Below are positions 1-9,484 of a stretch of DNA of 64,000 nucleotides, piece by piece; the stretch's first letter is position 1; the number at the start of each line of letters is the position of its first letter. This DNA comes from an uncultured Candidatus Rokubacteria bacterium (GTDB lineage Bacteria; Methylomirabilota; Methylomirabilia; Rokubacteriales; DASRDR01): assembly GCA_963708025.1 (NCBI GenBank), contig CAVPSB010000025.1, positions 96,001 through 160,000 of the forward strand, read 5' to 3'. The notes under the pieces were generated by a model. The model saw only the letters and a list, made by a program, of their open reading frames with translations, was not told the DNA's origin and did not search any database. Position numbers and translations under genes: made by a program.

Positions 1-182
1 GCAGGCGTGAATCGGCGGTCAGGAGGGACCCGCTCTCGCCGCCGGGCTCGAGCTGGCATGATCACTCGCTTCCCGGCCGATGTCGCCGACGGCGGTCACG
101 CATGCGTTGATACGCTACGCTGGACGGCTCCCGCTTCCGCCGCCCATCGGTTTCTCGCGACCCTTGATCCGGCCGAGCGGCC

Positions 183-262
183 GGGGCGTTCCACTCCGAG
201 TCGCGGCTTCGCCGCGGCCTCCGAGGGGGGGCATCGGGGGGGTCTTCCGAGACCCCCCCGAA
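183..262. repeat. Repeat family C copy (GGCTTCGCC hairpin plus GC-rich stem-loop) just downstream of tenA
   Basis: GTTCCACTCCGAGTCGCGGCTTCGCCGCGGCCTCCGAGGGGGGG...CGGGGGGGTCTTCCGAGACCCCCCCGA closely matches 28379-28455. Confidence 0.8.
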
Positions 263-266
263 ATCT

Positions 267-938
267 TCACACCGGCCAGGTCTCGCGGCGCCAGGCCATC
301 TCCCAGAAGAGGTACTCGTAGCGGCTGGAGGTGAGGAACGCCTCCTCGACCCGCCGGCGCCCGGCCTCGCCGGCGTTCTCGGCCAGCCGGTCCACGAGGT
401 CGCGACACCACTCGGCCAGCCCGACGAACCCGGGGTCGGCGTACATCTCGATCCACTTCGCGTAACGCGGCTCGGCTGGCAGGCCGCGCGCCTGCAGCAC
501 CTGCCCGATCTCGGCGAACCCCCACATGCAGGGCAGGAGGGCGGCGACGAGCTCCGCGAAGTCGCCGGTGGCGGCCACGCGGATCAGGAAGTCGGTGTAG
601 GCCCGGGTGGTCGGGGCCATCGGCTCACGCTCCAGCTCGGCCTCGGTGATGCCGAACTCGCGGGCGTAGGCCCGGTGGAGGTCCATCTCGGTCCGCGCCG
701 TCGCCTGCAGGAGATCGGCGAAGCGGCCGAGCGTGTCGAGATCGGGGGCCCGGGCCGCGGCCAGGCCGAAGAGGCGGGAGTACTCGATCAGGAACCGGTA
801 GTCCTGGCGGACCCAGTGGGTGAACCGCTCGAGGTCGAGGCTGCCGTCCCCGATGCCGCGGACGAACGGGTGCTCGTGCTGGGCCCGCCAGATCGGCTCG
901 GCGAGGGCGCGGAGGGCGTCGGTGAGCCGCGGGGCCAT
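267..938 (-). CDS. tenA: Thiaminase II / TenA family protein
   Basis: HPFVRGIGDGSL, QDY, LLPCMWGF (catalytic Cys) and SSRYEYLFWEMAW motifs. Confidence 0.9.
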   Translation of the reverse strand: MAPRLTDALRALAEPIWRAQHEHPFVRGIGDGSLDLERFTHWVRQDYRFLIEYSRLFGLAAARAPDLDTLGRFADLLQATARTEMDLHRAYAREFGITEAELEREPMAPTTRAYTDFLIRVAATGDFAELVAALLPCMWGFAEIGQVLQARGLPAEPRYAKWIEMYADPGFVGLAEWCRDLVDRLAENAGEAGRRRVEEAFLTSSRYEYLFWEMAWRRETWPV

Positions 939-948
939 GGGAGCGGCG

Positions 949-1539
949 CTACCCCGGGTCCGGACGGCGGCGCGCGCGCGTGGTGCCGGTCCACTCCTTG
1001 ACCAGCTCGTGGGGGATGCCGAAGCGGTCGAGGACGCGGCCGACGGTGTGGTTCACGACGTCGTCCACCGTTCGGGGGCGGGGGTAGAAGGCCGGCAAGG
1101 GCGGCAGGATGACGCCGCCCATCTCGGCGAGGGCCAGCATCGCCCGCAGGTGGCCGAGGTGGAGCGGCGTCTCCCGCACCACGGCCACGAGCGGGCGCCC
1201 CTCCTTGAGGGTCACGTCACCGGCCCGAGCGATGAGCGTCCCCGCCAGCGAGTGGGCCACGGCCGAGAGCGTCCCGACGTCGCAAGGCGCGACGACCATG
1301 CCGGCCGTCCGGAACGAGCCGCTGGCCAGCGCGGCGCCGATGTCCCGATCGTCGTAGACCGCCGTCGCCAGCGCCTCGACGTGCTCGACCGGGTAGTCCG
1401 TCTCCTCCGTGATGATCCGCCGCGCCTCCCGGCTGACGACCAGGTGGGTCTCGACGTCGGGGGCGCCCCGCAGCACTTCCAGGAGCCGGATCCCGTAGAT
1501 GGCGCCGGTCGCGCCCGCGATGCCGACGACCAGTCTCAT
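949..1539 (-). CDS. ubiX: UbiX family flavin prenyltransferase
   Basis: MRLVVGIAGATGAIYG, ASGSF, LKEGRPL, RETPL and PAFY motifs; ATG at 1539 overlaps the ligase stop. Confidence 0.92.
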   Translation of the reverse strand: MRLVVGIAGATGAIYGIRLLEVLRGAPDVETHLVVSREARRIITEETDYPVEHVEALATAVYDDRDIGAALASGSFRTAGMVVAPCDVGTLSAVAHSLAGTLIARAGDVTLKEGRPLVAVVRETPLHLGHLRAMLALAEMGGVILPPLPAFYPRPRTVDDVVNHTVGRVLDRFGIPHELVKEWTGTTRARRRPDPG

Positions 1540-3045
1540 GACAGAGCGCCGTCCCACAGCCCGCGCAGGGCCTCGCGGGCCACCTTGCCGCGGTCGTTCT
1601 TCGGGATCGCGTCCACCAGGCGGAGGTGCCGCGGGCACTTGAACTCCGACAGCCGGGAGCGGCAGTGGGCCAGGAGGTCGGCCGGCGTGAGCGCGATCCC
1701 GGGCCGGGCCACGACGAAGCAGGCGATCGCCTCCCCGTAGACGGGGTCGGGCACGCCGATGGTGGCCGCCTCGGCGACGCCGGGGTGGGCGAGGAGGGCC
1801 GTCGTGACCTCCATCGGCGCGACGTTGACGCCGCCCCGGATGATGAGGTCCTTCTTGCGTCCCGTGAGGTAGAGGTAACCGTCAGCATCCGCGTGGCCGA
1901 GGTCGCCGGTCCGGAAGCCCTCGGGCGGGATGGGGACGAGCCGGCCGCCCTCGGTCAGGTAGGCGCTGGCCATCGCCGGCCCGCCGACGACCAGCTCGCC
2001 CTCGACCCCCGGCCGGCACGTCACGCCCGCGTCGTCCACGAACCGGGCGTCGAGGTACGGAACCGCCGGGCCGATCGAGCCCGGCCGCGGAGCGTCCGGC
2101 GGGTTGATCGCCATGAAGCCGGCCTCGGTCATGCCGCAGCCCTGGACGATCGGGATGCGGTAGCGGTCCTCGAACGCGCGCTGGGTGTCGGGAGACAGGG
2201 GCGCCGCGCTCGAGGTCATGAAGCGCAGGCTCGGAAGGTCGTCGCCCGTCACCGCGAGCGGCGTCTCGAGCAGCATGCTGAAGACGGTCGGGACGCCGGC
2301 GGCGATGGTCACCGCCTGATCGCGGATCCAGTCGAAGAGCTGCCGGCGTGAGAACCGGGGCGCGAGGACGAGGGTGGCCCCGGCCTGGAGGCTGGGGCCG
2401 AGCGAGAGGCACTGGGACGACGCCCAGGACAGCGCCCGGTATTCGAGGAGCCGGTCGGCGCCGGTGATCCCGAGCCGCTCGACCAGCGAGCGGGCCATGT
2501 AGAACCACGCCGCGTGGCTGATGCAGACCCCCCGGGGGGTCGCGGTGGTCCCCGACGTGTAGTCCAGGAGCCCGATGGCGTCCGGGCCGCCCACCCGGCG
2601 CTCGCCGGGCGTCGCCGGGAGGCATCCGAGGGCGCCGAACAGCGCGTCGAAGGGCAGGGCCTCGGCGCCCGCTCCCCGGGCGAGCGCGACGAGCTCGTCC
2701 GGGAGGCCCGGCTGCCAGAACACGAGACGCGGCCCGGCGTCGTCGAGCATCTGGCCGGCGTTCTTCGCGTTCACCTCGACGTTGATCGGGTTCGCCGTGG
2801 CCCCGTAGCGCTGGATGCCGAGGAGGCAGACGACCAGCTCCAGGCAGTTGTCGCTCAGCACGGAGACCCGGTCGTTGGCCCGCAGGCCGCGGTCGGCCAG
2901 GAGACGGGCGAGGCGGCTGGTCAGCGCGTCCAGCTCGGCGAACGTGAGCCGCCCGGGCGGGTCGAGGGACTCGAGGTAGACCCGCCCGCCTCGCTCCCTG
3001 GGCGTGCCCGGCGATGAGGGAATCGATGTCGCGGTAGGCGACCAC
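1536..3045 (-). CDS. Acyl/aryl-CoA ligase (ANL adenylate-forming family); one +1 frameshift near 3000
   Basis: YTSGTTATPRG, GCGMTEAG, RTGDLG, GRKKDLIIRGG and PKNDRGKV motifs. GTG start at 3045 lies in another frame; span is 3n+1. Confidence 0.85.
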
Positions 3046-3050
3046 GCTCC

Positions 3051-3100
3051 CCCTCACCTCTACCCTCTCCCCCGCTGGCGGCGGGGGAGAGGGAGAAGAG
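3051..3100. repeat. REP-like family D palindrome (CCCTCTCCC...GGGAGAGGG)
   Basis: CCCTCACCTCTACCCTCTCCCCCGC...GCGGGGGAGAGGG; related to 36939 and 48922. Confidence 0.7.
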
Positions 3101-3115
3101 GTCGAGGCCATCGAT

Positions 3116-4666
3116 CTATACGCCGCGCTCGGCCATCCACTTGGCGTAGCCGTGCTGGGAGGCGCGGGCGCGCTCGATCTGCTCGGGGGTGAACCACCGG
3201 GCCAGGTCCACCAGCTCGACCTCGTAGCGGGCCCGCTCGAAGGCGTCCTTGTAGACGAACGGCACGGTGGCGTCGATGGCGAGGCCACCCTGGAATCGGA
3301 TGTTGCTCTGGGTCCAGTCGCGCTCGCCGGCGGTCGAGCGGGCGCTGGGCTGGAACGTCTGGCCGAAGCCACCGGCGCAGACCGTCTGGATGCTCTCGGG
3401 CGTCGTCCGGGTCGCCATCGCCCACAGGATGTCCTCGGGCGTGTAGATGTCGATGTCCTCGTCCACCGCGATCGCCAGCTTCATGCCGAGCGAGATCGAC
3501 ATGGCGGCGGTGAGGATGTTGCGCTGGAGCCCCTCGTCCCGCTGCCGGCGCTTCTTCACCTGGAAGAGCACGCCGCCCCAGTCGGTCAGCCCCATCGGGA
3601 TGTGGGTGTCCACGCAGAAGCCGGGCGAGATCCGGTCGGCCACCTCGAAGAAGGCCGCCTCCCGCATGGACACGTCGATGTAGTGGTCGTCCATGCCGTG
3701 GACGATGAGACCGTAGTAGATCGGCTTGTCCCGGCGGTGGGTGATCGCGGTCGCCTGGAACTTGTAGGTCCGGTAGGACTTGCCCATGTAGCCGGCCCAC
3801 TCCGGGTGGAAGGGGTAGACGCCCTGCTTCCCGTCCTTCTCGGCGACCGGGCTCTCCCACACCTTCTGGGTCGTGTCGAGGTAGCCCTCGATCACGTACT
3901 CGGCGTTGGCGATCGCCCAGGCGTCCACCGTCCGGGCCTTCACGAGCTCGACCGGGAAGCCCTGGAGCGCCCCCGCCACCCCCAGCTCGTCCGCCCCCTT
4001 GGGCAGGATCATGTAGGTGAAGCCGGAGCCGGCCATCATCGTGCAGGCTGGCGGCACCCCGATGTTGATCGTCATCGGGATCGGCTCCTGGCGGTACCAG
4101 TGGGTCGCCACCATGTCCATGTGGGAGCCGGGGGAGATCTGGAAGCTCGAGTAGTCGGGGCCCCGGAAGTTCATCCGGTTGTAGCCGATGTGGGAGCCGC
4201 CCCAGAAGAACCGGCCGCGCACGACCGTGTTGCCGGCGCCGAGGGTCCGGCCGGGGTCGGACTTCGAGTGCGAGATCATGGGGACCCGGTCCCACACGTC
4301 GATGTCCCGGGTGACGACCACCTCCTGGCACGGCGCGTCCTTCACCTCGATCGGCGGGAGGGGCTGGCGGATCGCTTCCACCGCCTTGAACTTGAACTTC
4401 CGGGGGTCCTCGACGCCGAACAGCCGGGCGATGCGGTCGGCCGAGGCGTAGATGTTGTTGGCGAGCCGGGCGTTGGGGTAGCCCTTGACCCGCTCGAAGA
4501 GCAGCGGCGGCCCGCCGTCCAGCCGCTTCTGGATGGCGGCCAGCTCGAGGTGGGGGTCGATCTCGACCTCGGAGGCAAGCAGCTCGCCCGTCTCCCGCAG
4601 GTATTCGAGCGTGCTGCGGAGGCTCGAGATGTCCTTCTTGGTGATGGTCGGGGTCGTTTTGGCCAT
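3116..4666 (-). CDS. UbiD family prFMN-dependent (de)carboxylase, resembling the phthaloyl-CoA decarboxylase clade
   Basis: UbiD-type N-terminus and IDAT C-terminal motif. GGSHIGYNRMNFR, FQISPGSHM, HPEWAGYMGK and TDWGG are recalled from memory as Pcd/PhtDa motifs. Confidence 0.88.
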   Translation of the reverse strand: MAKTTPTITKKDISSLRSTLEYLRETGELLASEVEIDPHLELAAIQKRLDGGPPLLFERVKGYPNARLANNIYASADRIARLFGVEDPRKFKFKAVEAIRQPLPPIEVKDAPCQEVVVTRDIDVWDRVPMISHSKSDPGRTLGAGNTVVRGRFFWGGSHIGYNRMNFRGPDYSSFQISPGSHMDMVATHWYRQEPIPMTINIGVPPACTMMAGSGFTYMILPKGADELGVAGALQGFPVELVKARTVDAWAIANAEYVIEGYLDTTQKVWESPVAEKDGKQGVYPFHPEWAGYMGKSYRTYKFQATAITHRRDKPIYYGLIVHGMDDHYIDVSMREAAFFEVADRISPGFCVDTHIPMGLTDWGGVLFQVKKRRQRDEGLQRNILTAAMSISLGMKLAIAVDEDIDIYTPEDILWAMATRTTPESIQTVCAGGFGQTFQPSARSTAGERDWTQSNIRFQGGLAIDATVPFVYKDAFERARYEVELVDLARWFTPEQIERARASQHGYAKWMAERGV

Positions 4667-4678
4667 GGCTCCTCCGGA

Positions 4679-5041
4679 CTAAAGACGTTCCGGCTCGGCG
4701 ACCGTCCGCTCGCTGGACACGTTGCCGGTGTTGAGCGTTCCCTTCGGCTCGAGCAGCACCACGTGGACCTCGTCGGTCAGCGCGACGGGGCAGTGCTCGA
4801 TGCCGCGGGGGACGATGATGAACTCGCCAGGGCCCACCTCACGGTCGCCGTCACGGAGCCGCATGCGGAGCCGCCCGGCGACCACCAGGAACAGCTCGTC
4901 TTCCCGGTCGTGATGGTGCCAGACGAACTCACCCGCGAGCTTGACCACCTTCACGTGCATGTCGTTCACGTCGCCCACGACCTTCGGCGACCAGTGGTCA
5001 GCGAACCGTCCGAACGTCTCCGCGAGGTTGACGACCCGCAT
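4679..5041 (-). CDS. Cupin domain protein
   Basis: GEFVWHHHDREDELF and PRGIEHCP cupin metal motifs. Confidence 0.85.
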   Translation of the reverse strand: MRVVNLAETFGRFADHWSPKVVGDVNDMHVKVVKLAGEFVWHHHDREDELFLVVAGRLRMRLRDGDREVGPGEFIIVPRGIEHCPVALTDEVHVVLLEPKGTLNTGNVSSERTVAEPERL

Positions 5042-5067
5042 CGCCTCCACGACCTCCTCATCGTCTC

Positions 5068-5418
5068 CTACTGGCAGAGCTGCCGTGCATGGGTCGGAAC
5101 CCAGACCGTCTCCCGCTGTCCGTTCGGCATCACGCGGGTCTCGGCGTGGCCTTCCACCGTCACGGTCTGGCAATTCCTGGCGGACCCGCCCGGGGCGCCC
5201 GGGGCCGCCGGCGCCTGGCCCGGGCTCGCGCTGGGCGGCGGGGGAGCCATCGCGGGTGCCCCCTGGGGCGGCGGCGCGGCCCCTCTGACGGGCGGCGGCC
5301 CGGATGGGGGGGGCGGGTACACGTAGGCCGGAGGAGGATACGGCGATACCACATAGCAGCCGGACAGCCCGACGCAGCTGAGACCGATCACGACCACCCC
5401 GGTCCAGACTCGCTTCAT
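5068..5418 (-). CDS. Small proline-rich lipoprotein
   Basis: Signal peptide with lipobox LSGC, Pro-rich linker, C-terminal Cys pair around VWVPTH. Confidence 0.7.
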   Translation of the reverse strand: MKRVWTGVVVIGLSCVGLSGCYVVSPYPPPAYVYPPPPSGPPPVRGAAPPPQGAPAMAPPPPSASPGQAPAAPGAPGGSARNCQTVTVEGHAETRVMPNGQRETVWVPTHARQLCQ

Positions 5419-5446
5419 CGTTCGTCCTCTCATGCCTCCGTCTCTC

Positions 5447-6310
5447 CTATCGCTCCGGCATCAGGCCACCGGGGCGGAACAGGACGAAGAGGACCAGCAG
5501 GGCTCCGAAGACCATCTGGCGGAGGTTGGCGCCGACCTCGGCCGGGAGATCGAGGAACCGGAGCGCCTCCGGGATCAGGAGCATCACCGGGGCCCCGAGC
5601 CACGGGCCCCAGAAGTTGCCGAGCCCGCCGATCATCACGATCGACAGGATGAACATCGACTCCTCGATCCCGAAGGTCCGCGGGCTGATGTACGAGAGGT
5701 GGGCCGCCATCAGGCTGCCGGCGGCCGCCGCCATGGCGCAGCCGACCACGAAGACCGAGACCTTGTAGTAGGTGACGCTCTTGCCGAGGGACTGCACCGC
5801 GGCCTCGTCTTCCCGGATGCCCCGGAGCACGCGCCCATAGGGAGACCGCCCGAGCCGCCAGGCCGCCCCGCAGCAGACCGCGGCCACCAGCCCGGTGGGG
5901 ACCAGGAAGGCGCGATACGAGTCGAACGAGAGCCCCAGGAGCGACGGCTTCGGGATGCCGGGGAGTCCCATCGGGCCGCGCGTCAACGCGGTCCAGTTCA
6001 GGAGCACGGTCACGATGATAACCTGGAAGGCGAACGACGCGATGACGTAGTAGTTCCCGCGCAGGCGAAGCGACAGCCAGGCCAGCCCCAAGGCCACCGC
6101 CGCCGCCACCGCCATCCCGGCCAGCACGGTCGGGAAGAAGCTCCAGCCGTGGACGACGGTGAGGACACCCGTCGCGTAGGCGCCCAGCGCCATGAAGGCG
6201 GCGTGGGCTACCGAGAACATGCCGGCGGAGCCCATGATCAGGTTCAGCGAGACCCCCAGGATCACGTAGATCAGCGTCGTGACGGCCAGGTAGAGAAGGT
6301 ACGTCCCCAC
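5447..6310 (-). CDS. Branched-chain amino acid-type ABC permease (LivM-like)
   Basis: LNLIMGSAGMFS, LTRGPMG, IREDE and MIGGLG motifs. Confidence 0.9.
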   Translation of the reverse strand: MGTYLLYLAVTTLIYVILGVSLNLIMGSAGMFSVAHAAFMALGAYATGVLTVVHGWSFFPTVLAGMAVAAAVALGLAWLSLRLRGNYYVIASFAFQVIIVTVLLNWTALTRGPMGLPGIPKPSLLGLSFDSYRAFLVPTGLVAAVCCGAAWRLGRSPYGRVLRGIREDEAAVQSLGKSVTYYKVSVFVVGCAMAAAAGSLMAAHLSYISPRTFGIEESMFILSIVMIGGLGNFWGPWLGAPVMLLIPEALRFLDLPAEVGANLRQMVFGALLVLFVLFRPGGLMPER

Positions 6311-6312
6311 GC

Positions 6313-6554
6313 TCAGGTCCCTCGAAGCGCCAGGATCGTGGCGGATGCGTCCAGATCTCGGGGGCGGGGTCGAGGAGCGAGCAGCGCCCCGGGAGGCGTT
6401 CGAAGGACGCAGGGAGTCGCCGACCGCAGGCGTACTCCCAGTACGCCGAGGATCGGCGACGACCGAGGACGACCATAGGTCGGGACGGACGCGAGGCCGT
6501 AGGCCGAGCGCGTCCCGACCGAGATGAACGTTGCGAAGCTCATCGGCCCCGCCC
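6313..6554 (-). repeat. Structured repeat family A, full copy with 3' tail
   Basis: Closing inverted repeat GGGGCGGGGCCGA/TCGACCCCGCCCC with internal hairpins; highly similar to 59651-59870. Confidence 0.9.
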
Positions 6555-7442
6555 CTAGACCTCGTGGCGCTCGAGCCGCCGGCCTACCAGCCCCGTCGGC
6601 CGGGCGAGGATGAAGACGAGCATGACCCCGAAGGCCAGCGCCTCCCGCCAGGCGGCGTCGATCCGCCACAGGCCGAGATTCAAGGCGAGCCCCAGGATCA
6701 GGCCACCGAGGGCCGCCCCCGTGAAGGTGTCGGCACCGCCGACCAGGACCGCGATCGCCGCCACCAGCACGACCGGCAGGCCGCGGCCCGGCTCCAGCCC
6801 CACGTCCACCGCCCCCATGGCGGCCGACACCGCGGCCAGGGCCGAGCCGAGCCCGAAGGCGAGGAGGCGGACGCGCCCGATGTCGATGCCGACGATCCGG
6901 GCCATGGTCGGGTTGATGGTGACCGCCCGCAGCGCCTGACCGGCCGCGGTGCACCGGCGGAGCCAGTTGAGCAGCGCCAGGCAGCCGCCGGCGACGGCCA
7001 GGCCGATGAGCTGGAGGTAGGTGAACACGATGGGGCCGAGTGGGATGGCCTCCTGGAGGCGGGCCCCCACGCTCACCGTCTTGTTGTCGCCGCCGAAGAT
7101 CATCTCGACCGCGTTGTCGATGAAGATCAGCGTGCCGATGGACGCCACCAGCACCAGCATGTGGGAGGCGCCTCGCCGGGTGAGCGGCCGATAGATGACC
7201 AGCTCGATCAGGATCCCGAGGAGGGCGGCCAGCCCGACGGTGAGGCCCAGCGCGAGCCAGAAGGGGAGCCGCGCCAGCGTCACGAAGGCGTAGAGCATGT
7301 AGCCCGCCACCCCGTACACCGCGCCGTGGGCGACGTGGAAGATGCGAGTGGCCCCGAAGATCAGCGCGAAGCCCAGGGCGAGCAGGGCGAAGGCGCTGCC
7401 CTCGACGAGCCCGTTGGCGAGGAGCTGGAGCGGCATCGACAT
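6555..7442 (-). CDS. Branched-chain amino acid-type ABC permease (LivH-like)
   Basis: NGLVEGSAFALLALGFALIFG, HVAHG and VLVGG motifs. Confidence 0.9.
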   Translation of the reverse strand: MSMPLQLLANGLVEGSAFALLALGFALIFGATRIFHVAHGAVYGVAGYMLYAFVTLARLPFWLALGLTVGLAALLGILIELVIYRPLTRRGASHMLVLVASIGTLIFIDNAVEMIFGGDNKTVSVGARLQEAIPLGPIVFTYLQLIGLAVAGGCLALLNWLRRCTAAGQALRAVTINPTMARIVGIDIGRVRLLAFGLGSALAAVSAAMGAVDVGLEPGRGLPVVLVAAIAVLVGGADTFTGAALGGLILGLALNLGLWRIDAAWREALAFGVMLVFILARPTGLVGRRLERHEV

Positions 7443-7490
7443 CGTCCCCTCGCACCCTGCACGGAGGAGAGGGTCGGGAGGGGAAGAGCT

Positions 7491-7520
7491 CTAGGTTCCT
7501 TGAAGCATCGGCCCCGCCCC
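7491..7520 (-). repeat. Internally deleted family A remnant
   Basis: Sense strand TAG-GGGCGGGGCCGATG joined directly to CTTCAAGGAACC, i.e. the element's left end fused to its tail end. Confidence 0.5.
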
Positions 7521-8650
7521 TAATCCCGGTAGGTCGCGAACTTGCCGTCCTTTACCGTCTTGAAGGTTACCGGGAGGGTGACGGCGCCGTCCCGGTCGAA
7601 CGCGATCGTGCCGAGGACGCCATGGTGGCCCTTGATCTGGGAGAGGCCGTTCTTGATCCCGTCGCCGGAGTAGCCGCCCAGCTCGATCGCCCTGGCGATG
7701 AGGTGGATCGCGTCGTAGTGCGTGGCGACGTAGAGGATCGCGTCCTGGTTGTACCGGCTCCGGTACCGCTCTCCGAAGGCCTTCATGGCCGGGGTCCCGG
7801 TCTGGGGGTCGAAGGCGTTGTCGACGTAGACGAAGCCCTCGGCGGCGCCCTCGGCCAGCTCGAGCATCGCCTGGGTCACCCCCTCGGCCGAGCCGAACCA
7901 GGGCGCGGTGATCCCGAGCTGCTTGGCCTGCTTGAGGACCCGGCCGGTGTCCGAGCCGGTGCCGATCAGGACCAGGCCCTCGGGGTTCAGGGCCTTGGCC
8001 TTGGTCAGCGGCGACTTGAAGTCAGTGGGGTGTCCGGTGTAGAGGATCTCCTCGAGCACCGTCCCCCCCTTGTCGGCGAAGACCTTCTTGAAGACCTTGG
8101 CGTTGCTCAGCCCGTACTCGGTGTTCTCCCCGAAGAACACGACCTTGCGGAGCTTCTTCCGGTCGGCCACGAAGCTGGCCAGCTCGGAGGCGCTGACGAC
8201 GGCGTCGTTGAGGTTGCTGAAGGTGTAGTCGCCGGCGGTCCGGATGTCGGCCGAGTTGGCGGCGGCGTTGAAGTTGACGACCTTGTACTTCTCGGCCACC
8301 GGGGCGATGGCGAGGACCGCGTCGCTGCCGCCGGTGATCACCACCGGGACCCGGTCCACCTCGGCCAGCTTGATGAAGCCGGAGACCGCCCGCTTGGTCT
8401 CGTAGCCCCAGTCCTCCACGATCACCTCGAGCTTCTTGCCCTTGACGCCGCCCGCCTTGTTGATCTCCTCGACCGCCATCTCGACGCCGCGGTTCATGAC
8501 CTCGCCGTAGAACTTGCCGCGGCCCGACATGATGAGGAGCGCGCCGATCCGGTAGGTGTCCTCGGCGGCCCCGCCCCTGCCGAGTGGCACCAGGAGGGCG
8601 CCGAGAGTGGCGGCCACGACCAGCAGGACGATCGCGCGCTTCGTGATCAT
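7520..8650 (-). CDS. ABC substrate-binding protein (LivK/LivJ-like)
   Basis: Signal peptide and AVEEINKAGGVKGKKL signature. Confidence 0.9.
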   Translation of the reverse strand: MITKRAIVLLVVAATLGALLVPLGRGGAAEDTYRIGALLIMSGRGKFYGEVMNRGVEMAVEEINKAGGVKGKKLEVIVEDWGYETKRAVSGFIKLAEVDRVPVVITGGSDAVLAIAPVAEKYKVVNFNAAANSADIRTAGDYTFSNLNDAVVSASELASFVADRKKLRKVVFFGENTEYGLSNAKVFKKVFADKGGTVLEEILYTGHPTDFKSPLTKAKALNPEGLVLIGTGSDTGRVLKQAKQLGITAPWFGSAEGVTQAMLELAEGAAEGFVYVDNAFDPQTGTPAMKAFGERYRSRYNQDAILYVATHYDAIHLIARAIELGGYSGDGIKNGLSQIKGHHGVLGTIAFDRDGAVTLPVTFKTVKDGKFATYRD

Positions 8651-8679
8651 GGCGGCTCTCCTCTCGTTGGGCCCGCGTG

Positions 8680-9195
8680 CTAACGGACGGCGGCCGACAG
8701 GCGGCCCGTGCGGCGGTTCCAGGCCTGGACGGCGTCGTCGGCGGCCGCGGCGTCCTCGGGGACGAAGCCGCGGACGTCACACGTCAGCTCCAGCCGGATC
8801 CCGTTCGGGTCGAAGAAGTAGATGGAGTGGCAGAAGCCGTGGTCCACCGGACCCAGCACCTTCACCCCGTTCGTCTCGAGCTGGCTCTTGTAGCGGAGCA
8901 GGGCGTCCCGGTCGGGCACCCGCAGCGCCAGGTGACGGACCCAGCCGGGCACCACGGTCTGGTCTTCCTGGTCGGGCAACCCCAGGATCTCGAAGAAGGC
9001 CACGCAGCCACCGTCCGCCATCTGGAAGAAGGTGTGGAGGTGGGGGTAGGGCTCCCGGGTGCTGGGGACCGTCTCGCTCTGCGCGTGCGCCACCAGCTTC
9101 ATGTTGAGGTACTTCGTGTAGAACTCGACCGTCTTCTGGGTGTCCCGGGTGAGATACGCGACGTGATGCAGCCGCTCGGGCGGTGGAAGTGCCAT
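8680..9195 (-). CDS. VOC/glyoxalase family metalloenzyme
   Basis: LHHVAY, HLAL and SIYFFDPNGIRLE motifs; RBS AGGAGG before ATG 9195; TATAAT at 9236-9241. Confidence 0.88.
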   Translation of the reverse strand: MALPPPERLHHVAYLTRDTQKTVEFYTKYLNMKLVAHAQSETVPSTREPYPHLHTFFQMADGGCVAFFEILGLPDQEDQTVVPGWVRHLALRVPDRDALLRYKSQLETNGVKVLGPVDHGFCHSIYFFDPNGIRLELTCDVRGFVPEDAAAADDAVQAWNRRTGRLSAAVR

Positions 9196-9265
9196 GAGTC
9201 CTCCTGTGCCGGCTGGAATCGACTCGGGCGCCGCCATTATAGCCCGGCGGCGCCGGCCCCGGTAG

Positions 9266-9439
9266 GTGGACGGGCTCGGCCAGCGGCGCCGCGACGCGAC
9301 GCGCGAGCGCCTGCTCACCGGGGAGGGGATCCCGGCCGAGCGCCTCATCGACGCGGAGGCCACGGGCGGCCCGGCGACTCCGGCGGCCACTCCCGACGCC
9401 GAGGGCCGCGTCGAGTTCACCGTCGCAGCCGGCGAGTAG
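9266..9439 (+). pseudogene. Remnant resembling the C-terminus of DUF748/OmpA-like proteins
   Basis: Translates LGQRRRDATRERLLTGEGIPAERL...EGRVEFTV*; no N-terminal part present. Confidence 0.45.
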
Positions 9440-9484
9440 CTCCGCTGGCCCTCCCCGTGACGCTCGGATAGGATAGCCCGCGCC

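Noticed and set aside
3152-5326. Long antisense and alternate-frame ORFs (here and e.g. 53776-55611, 26608-29502 extension)
   Set aside because: These are shadow ORFs expected at very high GC, overlapping well-supported genes.
9266-9439. 57-aa ORF ending AGE as a relocated Pup/UBact
   Set aside because: It lacks the di-glycine and the acidic Pup helix, and fits a DUF748/OmpA-like C-terminal remnant better.
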